From: Felis catus
Lineage: Eukaryota
Assembly (NCBI RefSeq): GCF_018350175.1
Contig: NC_058368.1
Coordinates: 139,006,001-139,070,000 of the forward strand
Reading direction: 5' to 3'
Length of the DNA stretch: 64,000 bases
Shown here piece after piece: positions 24,093 through 38,100 of the stretch (positions within the stretch are counted from its first letter, which is position 1; every line of letters starts with the position of its first letter). A program made the position numbers and the translations under genes. Under the pieces are notes generated by a model, which saw only the letters and a list, made by a program, of their open reading frames with translations, ran no database searches and was not told where the DNA came from.

Positions 24093-25714
24093 AATACCCA
24101 GGAAAAGGTGTGATGCGTATCTCTTCTGACGAAAGTAGAGGGACTTGAGTGGGCATCTCAAAGGCGATTTTAGCCTTACCTATTTTATTTTTAGACAATA
24201 ACATATTGATGTTATTTGTATGCACACTCTTGGAAACGAAGTAATTACGGCGCAGAAAGCAAGCACAGAAGGGGATAACTGAAAAGTCAAAGGTGCCGCT
24301 CCCATCCCATCACTGTGAACACTCATAATTTGGTTTTGAAATAAAAATTAAAATTCTCCAGCTTCTAAGAAAACAAAATCTCGTTTTAACTGCTTTCTCG
24401 TTGTGGGTTTTGCGTTGAGTTGAATCAGAACCCTTGTTGCATCCTCGGCTATTGGAAAATAATAAGCATCAAGTACATGCAACATGTTAATGTGTTTAGT
24501 TGATTCTTTGTGTTACAACTATTTCTGGGAGATCTCAAAACGATGTTGCAGCAAAAAATGTTTTTAAACAGCATCCCATGAGTCTGGTGGCTAAGAACTT
24601 GATAGAGGTGGAGAGGAAACATGATTACATTGTACTCAAAATAGCAATCCCTCTCTTAGCCAGCGCTGCAGTCTTCTGATGGAAACAGCTGCCTTGTCAC
24701 AACACTGTCACCTGAGAGAGTCACCTGATTATTGGCTGTTGACCGCTCTTTTCCTTACCTGCGGCCTGCTCCTGTAGGACAGTGTGGGTGGCGGTGGTGG
24801 AGGGTGATGATGCAGGCCAGATATGATACTAAGTCATTAACCTGCAGCCCTCAAGTGTCTTTACTGTGGCAGAGTCCCCATCTTTCCACACCCTTCAGCT
24901 TTCAGTCTCTCTGTACTGTCTGGTGCTTTACTTTATCTGTGTTTGACTCCAGACCTCTCCAAAAGTCTCAAATGACTACTGGGACAGCCTACACAGAGTG
25001 GGATTTAAAAGATTGAGAGATGAGCACGCCCCCCCGCCTTTGTCCAGAAGCATCCAACTGGAACCTGCCCTACCTGAGTGTGAACCTTTTGTTGATTGGG
25101 ACAAAGCTGAATTTAGCTCAAGTGACTTAGGAAGTGAACCTTAAGGCATATTTAGGCTAATAGCTGGGAAGATGGGTGCAAGGCAAGTAGGGAAGCACAG
25201 AAGGAGAAGAGAAAGAGTGGAGGTAAATCTCTGGCCTTTGGTGGAGTGGAAGATTGGAGTGATACTTGAGGCTTTCACAAGGAACTAAGGAACTGAGGAA
25301 CGTTTTGCACTTTTGATTTAAAGTCATAGCTGAATTAGGAACTTAGTCTGTTGAGGGGCCGTGGAGAGAATAACTCTCCTGGAGGGGAAAATAAGGAATT
25401 GTGGAGATGTCGCCCAGATTTCTGGGTCGAAAAGTTCACCTGGTAGGAGGGCACTGTGGTGCCTCACGGAGATGACGGCACTAGGGACAGGCAGGGACAG
25501 CACGGAGCAGGAAAGAGTGGGGGAGCTCCGCTTTGGGCATGCAGAGTTCAAGGAATCCGCAGGGTATCTCTGTGAAGAATGTACGGGAGGCAGTTGGAGG
25601 AAACAGGCCTGGAGCTAGGGAGAAAAGAATGGTTCAGAAATATTAACTGCATGTTTAGGAAATTCACTGTGTGTCACTGAGGGATTAACGGAAACTTTTT
25701 CCCCCCCACTGCAG

Positions 25715-25780
25715 ATACTTTACTTGTGAAAGAACCAGTGGCTTTCCTCAAGGCCAACAGAGTTTGGGGAGTATTACGAG
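25715..25780 (+). CDS. HEXB: HEXB exon 3
   Basis: ctgcag|AT ACT TTA (YTLLVKEPVAFLKANRVWGVLRG) G|gtaagt; 66 nt. Confidence 0.97.
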
Positions 25781-27544
25781 GTAAGTTATTTCCTAGTCGA
25801 AGAAACATTTCCATTTGGTGCTTTGGGAGATCGGGCACAGCAAAATTTTGCTTCCTTAGACCCTTTACAGATGGTTCCTCGCTTGTTTGCAAAATAATTT
25901 CCATCAAACGTGTACACTTAGAGCACAGAAGAGAGATCGCCTGACCTTTTAAAAAATGTCGGAGGGTTATTATAATTATTCACGAGTGTAAGTCTTCCAT
26001 GCTCCGGGGACTGTAATGTTGACAGAGCTAGAAGTGGCTCAACCTGCTGAGTTAGGGATTTTGTTTCACTTTGTTTCATTATTCCTTTCTTGCTGCCTTT
26101 GGTAGCAAGTCTCTCCCTCCCTCCACTTAAAAATTTTATTTACAAACAAAAGGTTTCAGATTTATTAGGGAACCTACTCATGCAGAAGCACCGGAGCAAA
26201 GAGAATTGACCTGATAAGACATATTCTCCTGTCAGTCCAAGTAGTGGGGATACTTACAGCTTGGTAAAGTGAGATGCTAGTGACCTCGACACAGCATAAA
26301 CGTGTGCCGTCTCCTGTGCAGTTCCTTACACGGTCCGCTTGGTTCTTCTCCAGTGTCTCTTCTTGGGGTTGCTCCTGATCTTATTACCAGTTTTCACTGG
26401 GGAACAGGGGGTGGTTCTGTTTTTGTTTCTTGGCCAGGAATCACTTGATCTTGAAAGTCTTGTGAGAAGCCGTGGGGAGGAACCTTCAGCCACACACACC
26501 ACAGGGGTGGGAGAAGGGAGAGAGCCCTACCCGCCCCCCCTCCCCGTTTTAAATCTCTGTGGAGTTAGAAACATCGCCAAGTTGATAGGCACAGTGTGAA
26601 AGATACACATACCTACAGAGGTGGGAGGCAGTGGGCGGAGAGAAACCTTAAAAGCTTTTTCTGAATTTCAGCCAGAGTCGGAAGTTCAAAGTGAGGGTAA
26701 TGGAACATTTACTTGCACTGTGCAGAAGCTTCTTTTACTTTTACTCCTCTAATTTGAGATGTTGTTGTAGTGACTTCCAAATAGTAGGGTTTTAAAAAAG
26801 AATAATTTTTTTTAAATGTGAGCTAACCAAACTTACAGTAATTAAAAATAAAAGTGGTCTTGGGTTTGATTCAGGTTGAATGTTATTTGAAATAAAATAA
26901 TCATTGTGATGCTGTATGTAATAATAATATGATTTCAATCTTATTTCTAAATAGAACATGAAAATATTTATAGGTGTTAACTACAAATGTAACTGTAATC
27001 ATTATCATCTAGATCATATATAATGTTATGTGGTTTTAAGGTTTTTAAGTCTGGTCTGCCTTTGTCTGAAGTTTGTTAGGGAAAACAAAGCCTTATTGTT
27101 ACTTGCTATGAATCACATCATCAAAATGAAGCACTTCTGAGAACGTTCAGTGATTAGGTTCCAGTTCAAGAACTGATGTTCTCTCAGGGTGCCTGGAGGG
27201 CCCAGTTGAGTGTCTGACGTAGGCTCAGGTCATGATCTCCCAGTTCATGGGTTAGAGTCCCATGGGCCCTGTGCTAACAACTTGGAGCCTGGAGCCTGCT
27301 TCCGATTCTGTGTCTACCTCTCTCAAAAATAAACGTTAAAAATTAAAAATTTAAGAAAAAACCTGATTTTTCTCTTAAATGTCAGATGCTCAAAGCAATG
27401 CTTTAAATAGTAAATGTATTGAGTGTATTGCACTTAACAGAAAATTCCAAAGTTACTCTTCCTAGCTGGGGCTTGTATTTGGAGGGAGGGAGAAGATACA
27501 ACAAAAATGACTTTGAATTCTTTTTTTCTTTTCTATTTCCTGTC

Positions 27545-30500
27545 TTTGTTTTTTTGATGTATAATTGACATAATATTATTAGTTCCAGGTGCACAACATA
27601 ATGATTCAGTATTTGTATATACTGCAAAACATTCACCACAATAAGTCTAGCTAATATCCATCACCATACATAGTTGCAATTTTTTTTTTCCTTGGGGTGC
27701 CTGGGTTAAACATCTGACTTGATTTTGGCTCAGATCATGATCTCACGATTTGTGAGTTTGAGCCCAGCCTCAGGCTCTATGCTGACAGGGTAGAGCCTGC
27801 TTGGGATTCTCTCCCTGCCTCTTTTCTCTGTCCCTCACCCCCCACCCCCCCCAAATAAATTAATTAAAAACATTTTTTTCTTGTGAGAAGAACTTTAATG
27901 ATGTACTGTCTTAGCAACTTTCAAATATGCAACACAGTACTATGAAATGAAGCCAGTATACTGTTCATTACATCCCCAGGATTTATTTATTTTACAACTG
28001 AAAGTTTGTACCTTTTGACCCCCTCACTCATTTTGCCCACTCCCACTCCACACCTCTGGCAACCACCAATCTGTTGTTTGTATCTATGAGCTTTTTTTTT
28101 TTTTTTTTGAGATTCCACATATAAATGAGATCATATGGTATATGTCTTTGTCTGACCTACTTTATTTAGCAGAATGTCCTCACAGTCCATCCATGTTGTC
28201 AAAACGGCAGCACTCACATCTTTTCAAGTTATTTTTTCATTTTCTTCAGATAAATACCCAGAAGTGCAATTACCGGATCATATGTAACTCTATTTTTAAT
28301 TTTTGTCTTTTTAAATTTGAGAGAGAGCAAGCTGGTGAGGGGAGAGAGAGAATGAGAGAATATGCGAGAGAATCTTAAGAGGCTCCAGGCTCAGCACAGA
28401 GCCTGATGCAAGGCTCGATTCCAATACCCTGTGATTGTGACCTGACCTGGAATCAAGAGTTGGTTGCTCAACCAACTGCCACACAGGTGCCCCTCTATTT
28501 TTAATTTTTTGAGGGCCCTCCATACCATTTTTCACAGTGGCTGCACCAACTTACATTGCTACCATTAGTGCACAGGGGTTCCCTTTTCTCTGCTTCCTCA
28601 CCAACACTTTTTGTCTTTTTGATACTAGCTTTTCTTTCAGGTTTGAGATGGTATCTTGTGGTTTTAATTTGCTTTTCTCTGATGATTATTGATGTTGAGC
28701 AAGCTCCTTTTCATGTACCTGTTGACCATCTGTATGTCATCTTTGGAAGAAACGTCTTTTCAGATCCACTGCCCATTTAAAAATTTTTTTTTAATGTTTA
28801 TTTTTATTTTTGATTCAGAGAGAGAGCATGAATGGGGGAGGGTCAGAGAGAGAGGGAGACACAGAATCTGAAGCAGGCTCCTGGCTCTGAGCTGTCAGCA
28901 CAGAGCCCGATGCGGGGCTCGAACTCACGGACCATGAGATCATGACCTGAGCTGAAGTCGGACGCTCAACCAGTGGAGCCACCCAGGCGACCACTGCCCA
29001 TTTTAAAATCAGAGTATGTTTTGCTGTGGAGTTATGTGAATTCTTCCTATATTTTGGATATTAACCCCTCATCAGATGTACAGTTTGCAAATAATTTCTG
29101 CCATAGAGTAGGTTGCCTTCTCATTTTGTTTCAAGTCATTTGTGGAAGTCTTTTAGTAAATGTCCCATTTATCTATTTTTGCTTTTGTTGCCTTTGCTTT
29201 TGGTGTCAAATACAAAAAGTCATTGCCAAGACCTATGTCAAGGACCTTACCACCCTGTGTTTTCTTCTAGGAAGAAGGTCTTACATTCAAGTCTGTAATC
29301 AATTTTGAGCTAATTTTTGTGTATAGTTTATGATAGTGGTCCAATGTGAACTCTTTTTCACGTGGCTGCAGTTTTCCCAACATTTATTGAAGAGACTGTC
29401 TTTTCCATGTTGTTTTTTTGTTGCTGTGGTAAATTAATTGGCCATATATGTATGGGTTTATTTCTGGGTTTTCTGTTTCATTATGTTGATTAGTATATCT
29501 GATTGTATGTCAGTACTATACTATTTTGATGACAGTAGCTTTGTAATATAGTTTAAAATCAGGGACTGTGATACCTCCAGCTTCATTCGTCTCTCTCAAA
29601 CTTGCTTTGGTGATTTGAGGTCTTTTGTGGTGCCATACAGATTTTAGGATTGTTTGTTGTGTTTGGAATTTTGATAGGGATTGCACTGAATATGTACATT
29701 GCTTTGAGTGGTATGGATATTTTAATGGTATTCTTCCAATCCACGAGCATTGACTGTCTTAGCATTCATTTGTGTCTTCAGTTTCTTTCATCTGTGCCTT
29801 AGAGTTTTCAGGGTAGAGGTCTTGCTTAAACCTATTCCTATAGGGGCGCCTGGGTGGCTCAGTCAGTTGAGAGTCCTACTTCAGCTCAGGTCATGATCTC
29901 ATGGTTCATGAGTTCGGGCCCCATGTCGGACTCTGTGCTGACAGCTCACAGCCTGGAGCTTGCTTCGGATTCTGTGTCTCCCTCTCTCTTTGCCGCTCCC
30001 CCACTCATGCGTGCGCGTGCACGCGCTCTCTCAAAAATACATAAACATTAAAAAATTCTTAAAAATCTCCTTTGTATTTTATTCTTTTTGATACCATTGT
30101 AAATAGGATTGTTTTCTTAATTTCTAGTTCTGGTAATATAGAAACACAACAGATTTTTTTTGGTATTTTGATTATCATTTAAGTTTACTGAATTCATTGA
30201 TTAATTCTAACACTTTTTTTGTGGAATCTTAAGGTTTTCTATATATGTCACCTGCAAATAGTGACCATTTTACTTCTTCCTTTCTGATTTGGATGCCTTT
30301 TATTTTTTTTCTTTTCTTGCCTAAATGCTCTGACTAGGTCTTCTAATACTAAGTTGAATAAAAGTGGAGAGAGTGAGCATCCTTGTCTTATTGCTGCTCT
30401 TTTTATCATTGAGTCTGAGGTGAGCTGTGGGCTTACCATATACAGCCTTTATTATGTTGAGGTACGTTCCCTCTGGAGTATTTGTCGTAAGTGGATACTG

Positions 30501-31380
30501 AATTTTGTCAAATGCTTTTTCTGCATCTGTTAAGATCTTATGATTTTAGGGGCACCTGGGTGGCTCAGTCATTTGAGTGTCCGACTCTTGATTTCGATTC
30601 AGGTCATGGTATCATGGTGGGTTCAAGCCCCGCATCAGGCTCTGCATTGATAGTGTGGAACCTGCTTGGAATTCTCGCTTTCCCTGTCTCTCTGCCCCTC
30701 CTCTGCTCGCTCTCTCTCTCAGAAAATAAAATAGACTAAAAATTTTTTAAAAAAAGATCTTATGACTTTGTCCTTCATTTTGTTAATATGGTGTATCACA
30801 TTGATTTGCAGGTGTTGAACCATCCCTGCACTTGTGGAATTAATTCCATTTGATCATGGTGTATGGCTCTTTTTATGTATTACTGAATTCAGTTTGCTAC
30901 TGTTTTGTTGAGCATTTTTGTATTAATGTTCATCAGGGATATTGGCCAGTAATTTTTTTTTCCTTACCTGGTTTTGGTGTCAGGGTAATGCTGGCCCTGG
31001 AAAATGAGTTTTGAAGTGTTGTCTCCTCTTCTGTTTTTTGTTTGTTTGTTTTTTGGAAAAGTTTGAGAAGAATTGGTGTTAATTCTTCTTTAAATGGTAG
31101 AATTCACTTCTGAAGCCTGGTCCTGAACTTTGGTTTGTCAAGAGGTTTTGGATTAATGATTCAATCTCCTTACTAGTAAGTGGTCTTTTCAGTTTTTCTA
31201 TTCCAAGATTCAGGTTTTTTAGTATGTATGTTTCCAGGAATGTATCCATTTCTTAGAAGAAATGGATAGTAAAATACTTAGGTTGTCTAATTTGTTAGCT
31301 TATAATTGTTCATAGTAGTCTCTTAGCCTTTTTATTTCTGTAGTATCAGTTATGTCTCCTGATTCGTTTCTGACTTTGAA
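27545..31380 (-). mobile_element. L1 (carnivore/Laurasiatherian type), 3' ~3 kb, antisense in HEXB intron 3, with five SINE insertions
   Basis: 3'UTR tataattgacataatattattagttccaggtgcacaacataatgattc; ORF2 remnants IRQGCSLSPLLFNLVLEDL (30248-30439) and [20 protein letters not shown] (29583-29765). Confidence 0.92.
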
Positions 31381-31448
31381 CTATTCTTAGGTTAAAATTT
31401 TCCCTGGCTTTATACTTGTCAGCTAGAATGATGAATTATGGTACAGTT

Positions 31449-32194
31449 GGGGGTACCTGGCTGGCTCAGTCAATGGAGTATGCAACTTTTTTTTTTTTTT
31501 TTTAAATATATTTATTTTAGAGAGAGAGAGAGAGACAGAGCATGAGCAGGGGAGGGACAGAGAGGGAGACACAGAATCCAAAGCAGGCTCCAGGCCCTGA
31601 GCTGTCAGCACAGAGCCTGACACGGGGCTCAAACCCACAAACTGTGAGATCATGACCTGAGCTGAAGTCAGACCCTTAACCAACTGAGCCACCCAGGCAC
31701 CCCAGGAGTGTGCAACTCTTGATCTCAGGGTTGTGGGTTAAAGCACCACGTTTGATGTAGAGATCGCTTCAAAATATTTAAAGAAAAAATATATATAGTA
31801 AAGTCAAGGGCAGTTAGAGGAAATGGCCTGTAATAGAGTTTACTATGGAAACAATCCACTTGAGTGAAAAATGTTCAGGAGATATTCTTTGTGGCTGTGA
31901 GTAAAACATTGTTGAGTTTTAAGTTGGGCTCTCATTTATATTTTAATGGTGCTTTTGATCCTTTTTCCCTTCTGTTTATGTACCTTCTAATACTTTTTTT
32001 TTAAGGTTTATTTATTATTTCTGAGAGAGGGTGCGCATGCATGGGGGAGGGGCAGAGAGAGGGAGACAGAGGATCTGAAGTGGGCTCTATCCTGACAGCA
32101 GAGAGCACAATGTGGGGTTTGACCCATGAAATCCACAAGATCGTGACCTGAGTGGAAGTCGAATGTTTAACTGACTGAGCCACCCAGGCACCCC
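31449..32194. mobile_element. Older + SINE split by a - SINEC (31487-31703), plus a - SINEC at 31995-32194
   Basis: Duplication ggagtRtgcaact around the inner copy. Confidence 0.85.
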
Positions 32195-32554
32195 AAGTGT
32201 ATTACCTTTTAAAGTGACTATATTTTAGCATAGAAATTATTTTTTATAATACTATATATTTATTAAGTAACTAGTATTTTGTTGTATGAAGTCACTATTC
32301 ATTTTTAAGTTTATCATTCCAACAAAACCCAGGGTATGGGTACAATGAAGTAAAACATTTTAATTAGATGGCAACAGGGATTTTTTTAAAACTGATCTTT
32401 GATCTTAGAAAATATGTTAGAGGTACAGAGGTAACATTATAGGTAGTTTTATTTGCCTTATCTGGTTATGGGTCTACGTTTGGATAATACAACTTTTACT
32501 GACTTAATATGTTATAAAAGTAATGCATTAAATTATGAATTTTACTCTCCCTAG

Positions 32555-32601
32555 GTTTAGAGACCTTTAGCCAGTTAATTTATCAAGATTCTTACGGGAC
32601 T
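32555..32601 (+). CDS. HEXB: HEXB exon 4
   Basis: cctag|GT TTA GAG ACC TTT AGC CAG (LETFSQLIYQDSYGT)|gtaagt; 47 nt. Confidence 0.97.
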
Positions 32602-32851
32602 GTAAGTATGATTATTGTATGTTACTAAAAATTATTGGCTATCCCTTTTACTATAAGAAAAATGTAAAGTTTTTAGCTGTTTATTGCTTCTTGAGTGTTT
32701 TTTTCTCTCCAAATGTTTATCTTTTTTGGTAAATGTAAGCTTGACACTTTTTTCTAATCTTTCATCCAGTGCTTGCATAGATACGGTCTTCGCTGAGCTC
32801 AAGTCCAGAGAATATTCTAAAAATAAATCAAAATTTTATTTTGTTTTATAG

Positions 32852-32962
32852 TTCACCATCAATGAATCCGACATTATTGACTCTCCAAGGTTTCCACATA
32901 GAGGAATTTTAATTGATACAGCCAGACACTTTCTGCCAGTTAAGAGCATTCTCAAAACTCTG
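32852..32962 (+). CDS. HEXB: HEXB exon 5
   Basis: tatag|FTINESDIIDSPRFPHRGILIDTARHFLPVKSILKTL|gtaggt; 111 nt; GH20 DTARH motif. Confidence 0.98.
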
Positions 32963-33624
32963 GTAGGTGATTATTATTATTTTTTATCCATTTTCTATTC
33001 CAAAGATGTGTGCTTTTATGGTGTTCCTTAATATGGGTTATTTACGCTGTTGTGTAGGTTGAAACAGGGGGATGGTTTGTCATATACTGAAGCACTGAGC
33101 TTTCTTCCTTCCCTCCCCTGGAAAGTATATTTCCTCAGCTGAGAAAGCCAGTGTCCTCCACTGAACTTTATTTAAAGTGTCATAGAAAGTTGGCTAGAAG
33201 CTGCCAGGGAAATGTTCCAAAGAAATATGGACTTCAGATGGTGAGAGTTGGGGGTGAGGTTGACGGTAGCTATTTTCTCCTGTCTACTTTTTGTTGGTTC
33301 ATCCGCACGATCATCAATTTGTAAGGGTAGGAAGGTTTTCCTCCCGTGTTTTTCTATACCTTTATTTGATCACTTCTGAACACACCATATTATTAAAAAG
33401 GGATTTTTACATTCACACTACTGTCCTGAATTTTATTCTCCAAAAGACATTATTGTCACTCTTATGAAAGAAATAAATGCTTAGTATAAAAAATTCAAAC
33501 ACAGATATGCATAAAATAGATAGTAACCCCATAATTGCATTACCAAAGGTTGACCTAAATTTCTGTGCCCCATTTAGCTCATCTTGCCCTTAAAAATGAA
33601 TATTAATACACATGACATGACTTT

Positions 33625-33980
33625 TTTTTAATTTTTTTTTTTTTTAATTTTTTTTCTTAATGTTTTTTATTTATTTTTGAGACAGAGACAGAGCATGGGC
33701 GGGGAAGGGGCAGAGAGAGAGGGAGACACAGAATCCAAAGCCGGCTCCAGGCTCTGAGCCGTCAGCACAGAGCCCGACCCGGGGCTCAAACTCACAGACT
33801 GTGAGATCATGACCTGAGCCGAAGTCGGACGCTCAACCGACTGAGCCACCCAGGCGCCCCTTTTTTAAAGTTTTTTTTTTTAATGTTTATCTATTTTTGA
33901 GAGAAAGAGAGTGAGCAGGGGAGGGGCAGAGAGCGAGAGGGGGAGACACAGAATTTGAAGCAGGCTCCAGGCTCTGAGGT
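33625..33980 (-). mobile_element. SINEC plus 5'-truncated SINEC
   Basis: Reverse-complement SINE motifs; flanked by tgacatgactttt duplication. Confidence 0.85.
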
Positions 33981-34209
33981 GTGACATGACTTTTTAAAAA
34001 ACTTAACTGGAATTGCACTTCTCCTACCTTAAAAAACATGTTATGGACATCTTTTTATGAAAGAATATATAAGGTCTGTACCATCTTTTTAAACCGTTGA
34101 ATATTCCGTTTTTTATACCATGATGTGAGTTTAACCATTCTCATGCTGACGAACATCCAGGTTAATTTATCATAGACAGTACTGTAGAATAAGCATTCTT
34201 AAATTTGCA

Positions 34210-35116
34210 CACTTGTCAGGATTTTCCTCTAAGATCAGGAACAAGACAGGGTGTCCACTCTCACCACTTCCATTCAACATAGTACAGGAAGTTCCAGCTG
34301 CAGCACTTGGACAAGAAGAAATAAAAGGCATCCAAATCAGTAAGGAAGTAAAACTGCCACAGTTTGCAGATGACATTCTACTATATATAGAAAACTCTAA
34401 AGGCTCCACCAAAAACCAATAAATTCAGAACAGTTGTAGTATGGAAAATTAACATTTAGAAATCTATTGCATTTCTATACACTAATAACGAAATAGCAGA
34501 AAGGGAAGACAACAATCCTCTTACAGTAGCATCAAAAAGAATAAAATACCTAGAAGTAAACTTAACCAAGGAGGTGAAAGACCTGTATTCTGAAAACCAT
34601 AAAATGTTGATGAAAGAAACTGAAGACAATGCAAACAAATGGAAAGATACTTCATTCTCATGGATTGTAGGAATTAATATAATTAAAATGTCCATACTAC
34701 CTAAAGCAATTGACAGATTGATTTCAATCCCTATCAAAATTACCCAAAGCATTTTTCACAGAACTATAGTGAATAATCCTATAATTTGTGTGGGACCACA
34801 AAAGACCCTGAAAAGCCAAAACAATCTTTAAAAAGAACAAAGCTGAGAATATAAAAATCCCAGATTTCAAGATATAATAACAAAGCTGCCATGATCACAA
34901 CAGTATGGTAATGGCACAAAAACAGACACACAAATCCAAGGAACATAAGAGATCCCAGAAATAGGTCGGTTAATCTATAACAAAGAAGCAGAAGGCAAGA
35001 ATGTACAATGGGGAAGAGACAGTCTTCAAATGGTGCTGGGACAGCTGGACAGCTACATGCAAAAAATGAAATCGGATCGCTGTCTTACACCATACGCAAA
35101 AAATAAACTGAAAATG
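34210..35116 (+). mobile_element. L1 ORF2 reverse-transcriptase segment, sense, HEXB intron 5
   Basis: [15 protein letters not shown]...[49 protein letters not shown]. Confidence 0.93.
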
Positions 35117-38100
35117 TCATTCTTTTTTTGTGTCTGATACTCCATTGCATGTATGTATGTGCATATACACACAGACCCACAGACACACCACCTTTTCTTT
35201 ATCCACTCATCTATCAGTGGACACTTGGTTGCTTCCACAGCTTGGCTATTGTAAATAATGCTGGAGTAAACATAGGGGCACATATATATTTTCAAATTAG
35301 TGTTTTTGTTTTCTTTGGTTAAATAGCCTTTATTGGAATTACTGGATCATATAGTAAATCTACTTTTAATTTTTTCAAGGAACCTCCATACTCCACAGTG
35401 ACTGTACCAGTTTACATTACCAGTAACAGTGCACAAGGGTTTTTTTCACATTCTCTATATCCAACACTTATTATTTCTTGTCTTATTTTAGCCATTGTGA
35501 CAAATGTAGAGAGATAACTCATTGTGGTTTTGACTTGCATTTCACTGATGATGAGTGATGTTGAGCACATTTTAATGTATTGTTGGCCGTCTGTATGTCT
35601 TCTTTGGAAAAATATTCAGGGCCTTTGCTCGTTTTTAATTGGATTATATTGGGGTTTTTTGGTTTTGTGTAAGTTGTTACATATTTTGGATATTAACCCC
35701 TCCTGGGGTATATTATTTGCAAATGTCTTCTACCATTCAGTAGGTTGCCTTTTTGTTTTGTGGACAGTTTCCTTCACTGTGCAAAAGTTTTATTTTGTTT
35801 TTGTTGCCCTTGCCCAAGGAGAACTATCCATTAAAATGTTGCTAAGGCAGGTCACAAAGAGATTACTGCCTAAGTTTTCTTCTAACAGTTTCTTTCATTT
35901 TTTTAAACGTTTGTTTATTTTTGAGAGACCATGAGTGGGGCAGGGGCAGGGGCAGAGAGAGAGGGAGGCACAGAATCTGAAGCAGGCTCCAGGCTCTGAG
36001 CTGTCAGCACAGAGCCCTATGTGGGGCTCGAACTCTTGAGCCGTGAGATCATGACCTGAGCTGAAGTCGGATGCTTAACCGACTGAGCCACCCAGGTGCC
36101 CTTCTTCTAACAGTTTTATGGCTTCAGGTCTCCCATTTAGATTTTTATGGTATGTTGTATGCTATGTTTTTCCGGCCCTTTTTAGTCTGTGTGTTTTTTT
36201 AGGTGTGAAGTGAGTCTCTTGTAGACAGGATATAGATGGGTATTGTTTTAGGTTTGTTTTTTGGGGTTTTTTTTGTATTTTTTTCCATTTAGTCATCCTT
36301 TGTCTTTTGACTGGAGCATTTAGTCAATTTACATTTAAAGTAATTATAGATATGTATTTATTGCCAGTTTATTCTTTTCTGGTTATTTTTGTTTTTCTCT
36401 GTTCCTTTCTTCTTTTGCACTCTTTGTGGTTTGATGCCTTTCTTTAGTGTTAGGCTTGGACTCCTTTCTCTTTATTTTTTTTTTCTGTGTCTGTTGATGG
36501 TTGCTTAAGTTCAAACATTCTAAAAGCACTAAAGTTTAACCCCCCCCTCCGTATTTTATGTATATGATGTCATATTTTACATCTGCATGTGTATATCCTT
36601 TCACTGATTTTTATAGATAGGATTTTACATCTTTTGTATTTTAACCTCCATACTGGCTTTATTTTTTTGTTTATTTATTTTTGAGACCGAGAGAGACCGA
36701 GCATGAACGGGGGAGGGTCAGAGAGAGAGGGAGACACAGAATCCAAAACAGTCTCCAGGCTCTGAGTGGTCAGCACAGAGCCCGATGCGGGGCTCGAACT
36801 CACGGACCGCAAGATCATGACCTGAGCCGAAGTTGGCCGCCCAACCGACTGAGCCACCCAGGCGCCCCCATACTGGCTTTATAAATGACTAATCTACCTT
36901 TATTATATGTTTGCTTTTACCTGTGAAACTTTTTCCTTTCATAATTATCTTCTGTTTACGGCCTTACCTTTCTACTTAAAATAGTCCCTTTAACATTTCT
37001 TTTAAGGCCAGTTTAATGGTAGTGAGCTCCTTTAACTTTTGTTCGCCTTAGAAACTATTTTTCTGAATGAGAACCTTGCTGGGTAGAATGTTCTTGTTTG
37101 CAGGTTTTTTCCTCCCAGCACTTGGAATATATCAGGTCACTCCCTTCTGGCCTGCAAAGTTTCTGCTGAAAAATCAGCTAACAGCCTTATAGGGTTTGCC
37201 TTGTATGTTACTGTTTTCTCTGTAGCTTTAAAATTCGCTGTCATTATGTTTGCTGCTTCAATTATTACATGTCTTGATCTGGACCTCCTTGGGTTAATCT
37301 TGGTAGGAACTTTCTGTGCTTCCTGGATATGGGTGTCTGTTTACTCCCCCAGATAAGTTTTCACCTGTTATTTCTTCAGATAAGTTTTTACTCCCTTCTC
37401 TCTTCTCCTGGGATTCCTCTAATTCAAATGTTATTACACGTGATGTCATCTGGATCCCCTTAAGCTGTTCTCGTTTTATATTAGAATTTTTTTCTTTTTG
37501 CTGATGATCTTGGTTGCTTTCCATTACTGTGTCTTGTAGATTACTGATGTGTTCTTTTGCATCCTCTAACCTGTTTCTTCTAATTTTTTTTTTTTTAATT
37601 TCAGTTACTAAATTCTTTATCTGTTCTTTCATTATTTTCTATCTCTTTATTGACATTCTGAGTTTATCCACTCTTTTTCAAGTCTGAGTATCTTTATGAC
37701 CATTACTTTGTTTTATTTGTTTATTTAAATTCCAGGAGGTTAATGTATAGTGGAATATTAGTTTCAGGTATGACCATTACTTCCAATTCTGTATCAGGTG
37801 TATTGCTTTTCTGTTTCATTGAACTCTGTTGCTAGGATTTTTGTCCTTTTCATTTGGGACCTGTTCTTCTGTCTTCTCATCTTGTCTCTCTGTTTTTATG
37901 AATTATGGAGGTCTGCTGTGTCTCCTGGTCTTGGAAGTAGTGACCTTATGTAGAAGAGGTGTTTTGGTGCCCTGTAGCAGTGTTCCTGGTCACTAGAATC
38001 TGGTGTTCCAGGGATGTCTCCTTTGTAGGTTGCATGTGCCTTGTTGCGGTTGAGCTGTGTTTGCCTTTAGCCCATTTGACTCTAATGACCCATGTTGCCT

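Noticed and set aside
34213..34831. Reverse-transcriptase-like ORFs (FADD motif) as a possible novel RT system
   Set aside because: Frameshifted, fragmented L1 ORF2 remnants, not an intact or domesticated ORF.
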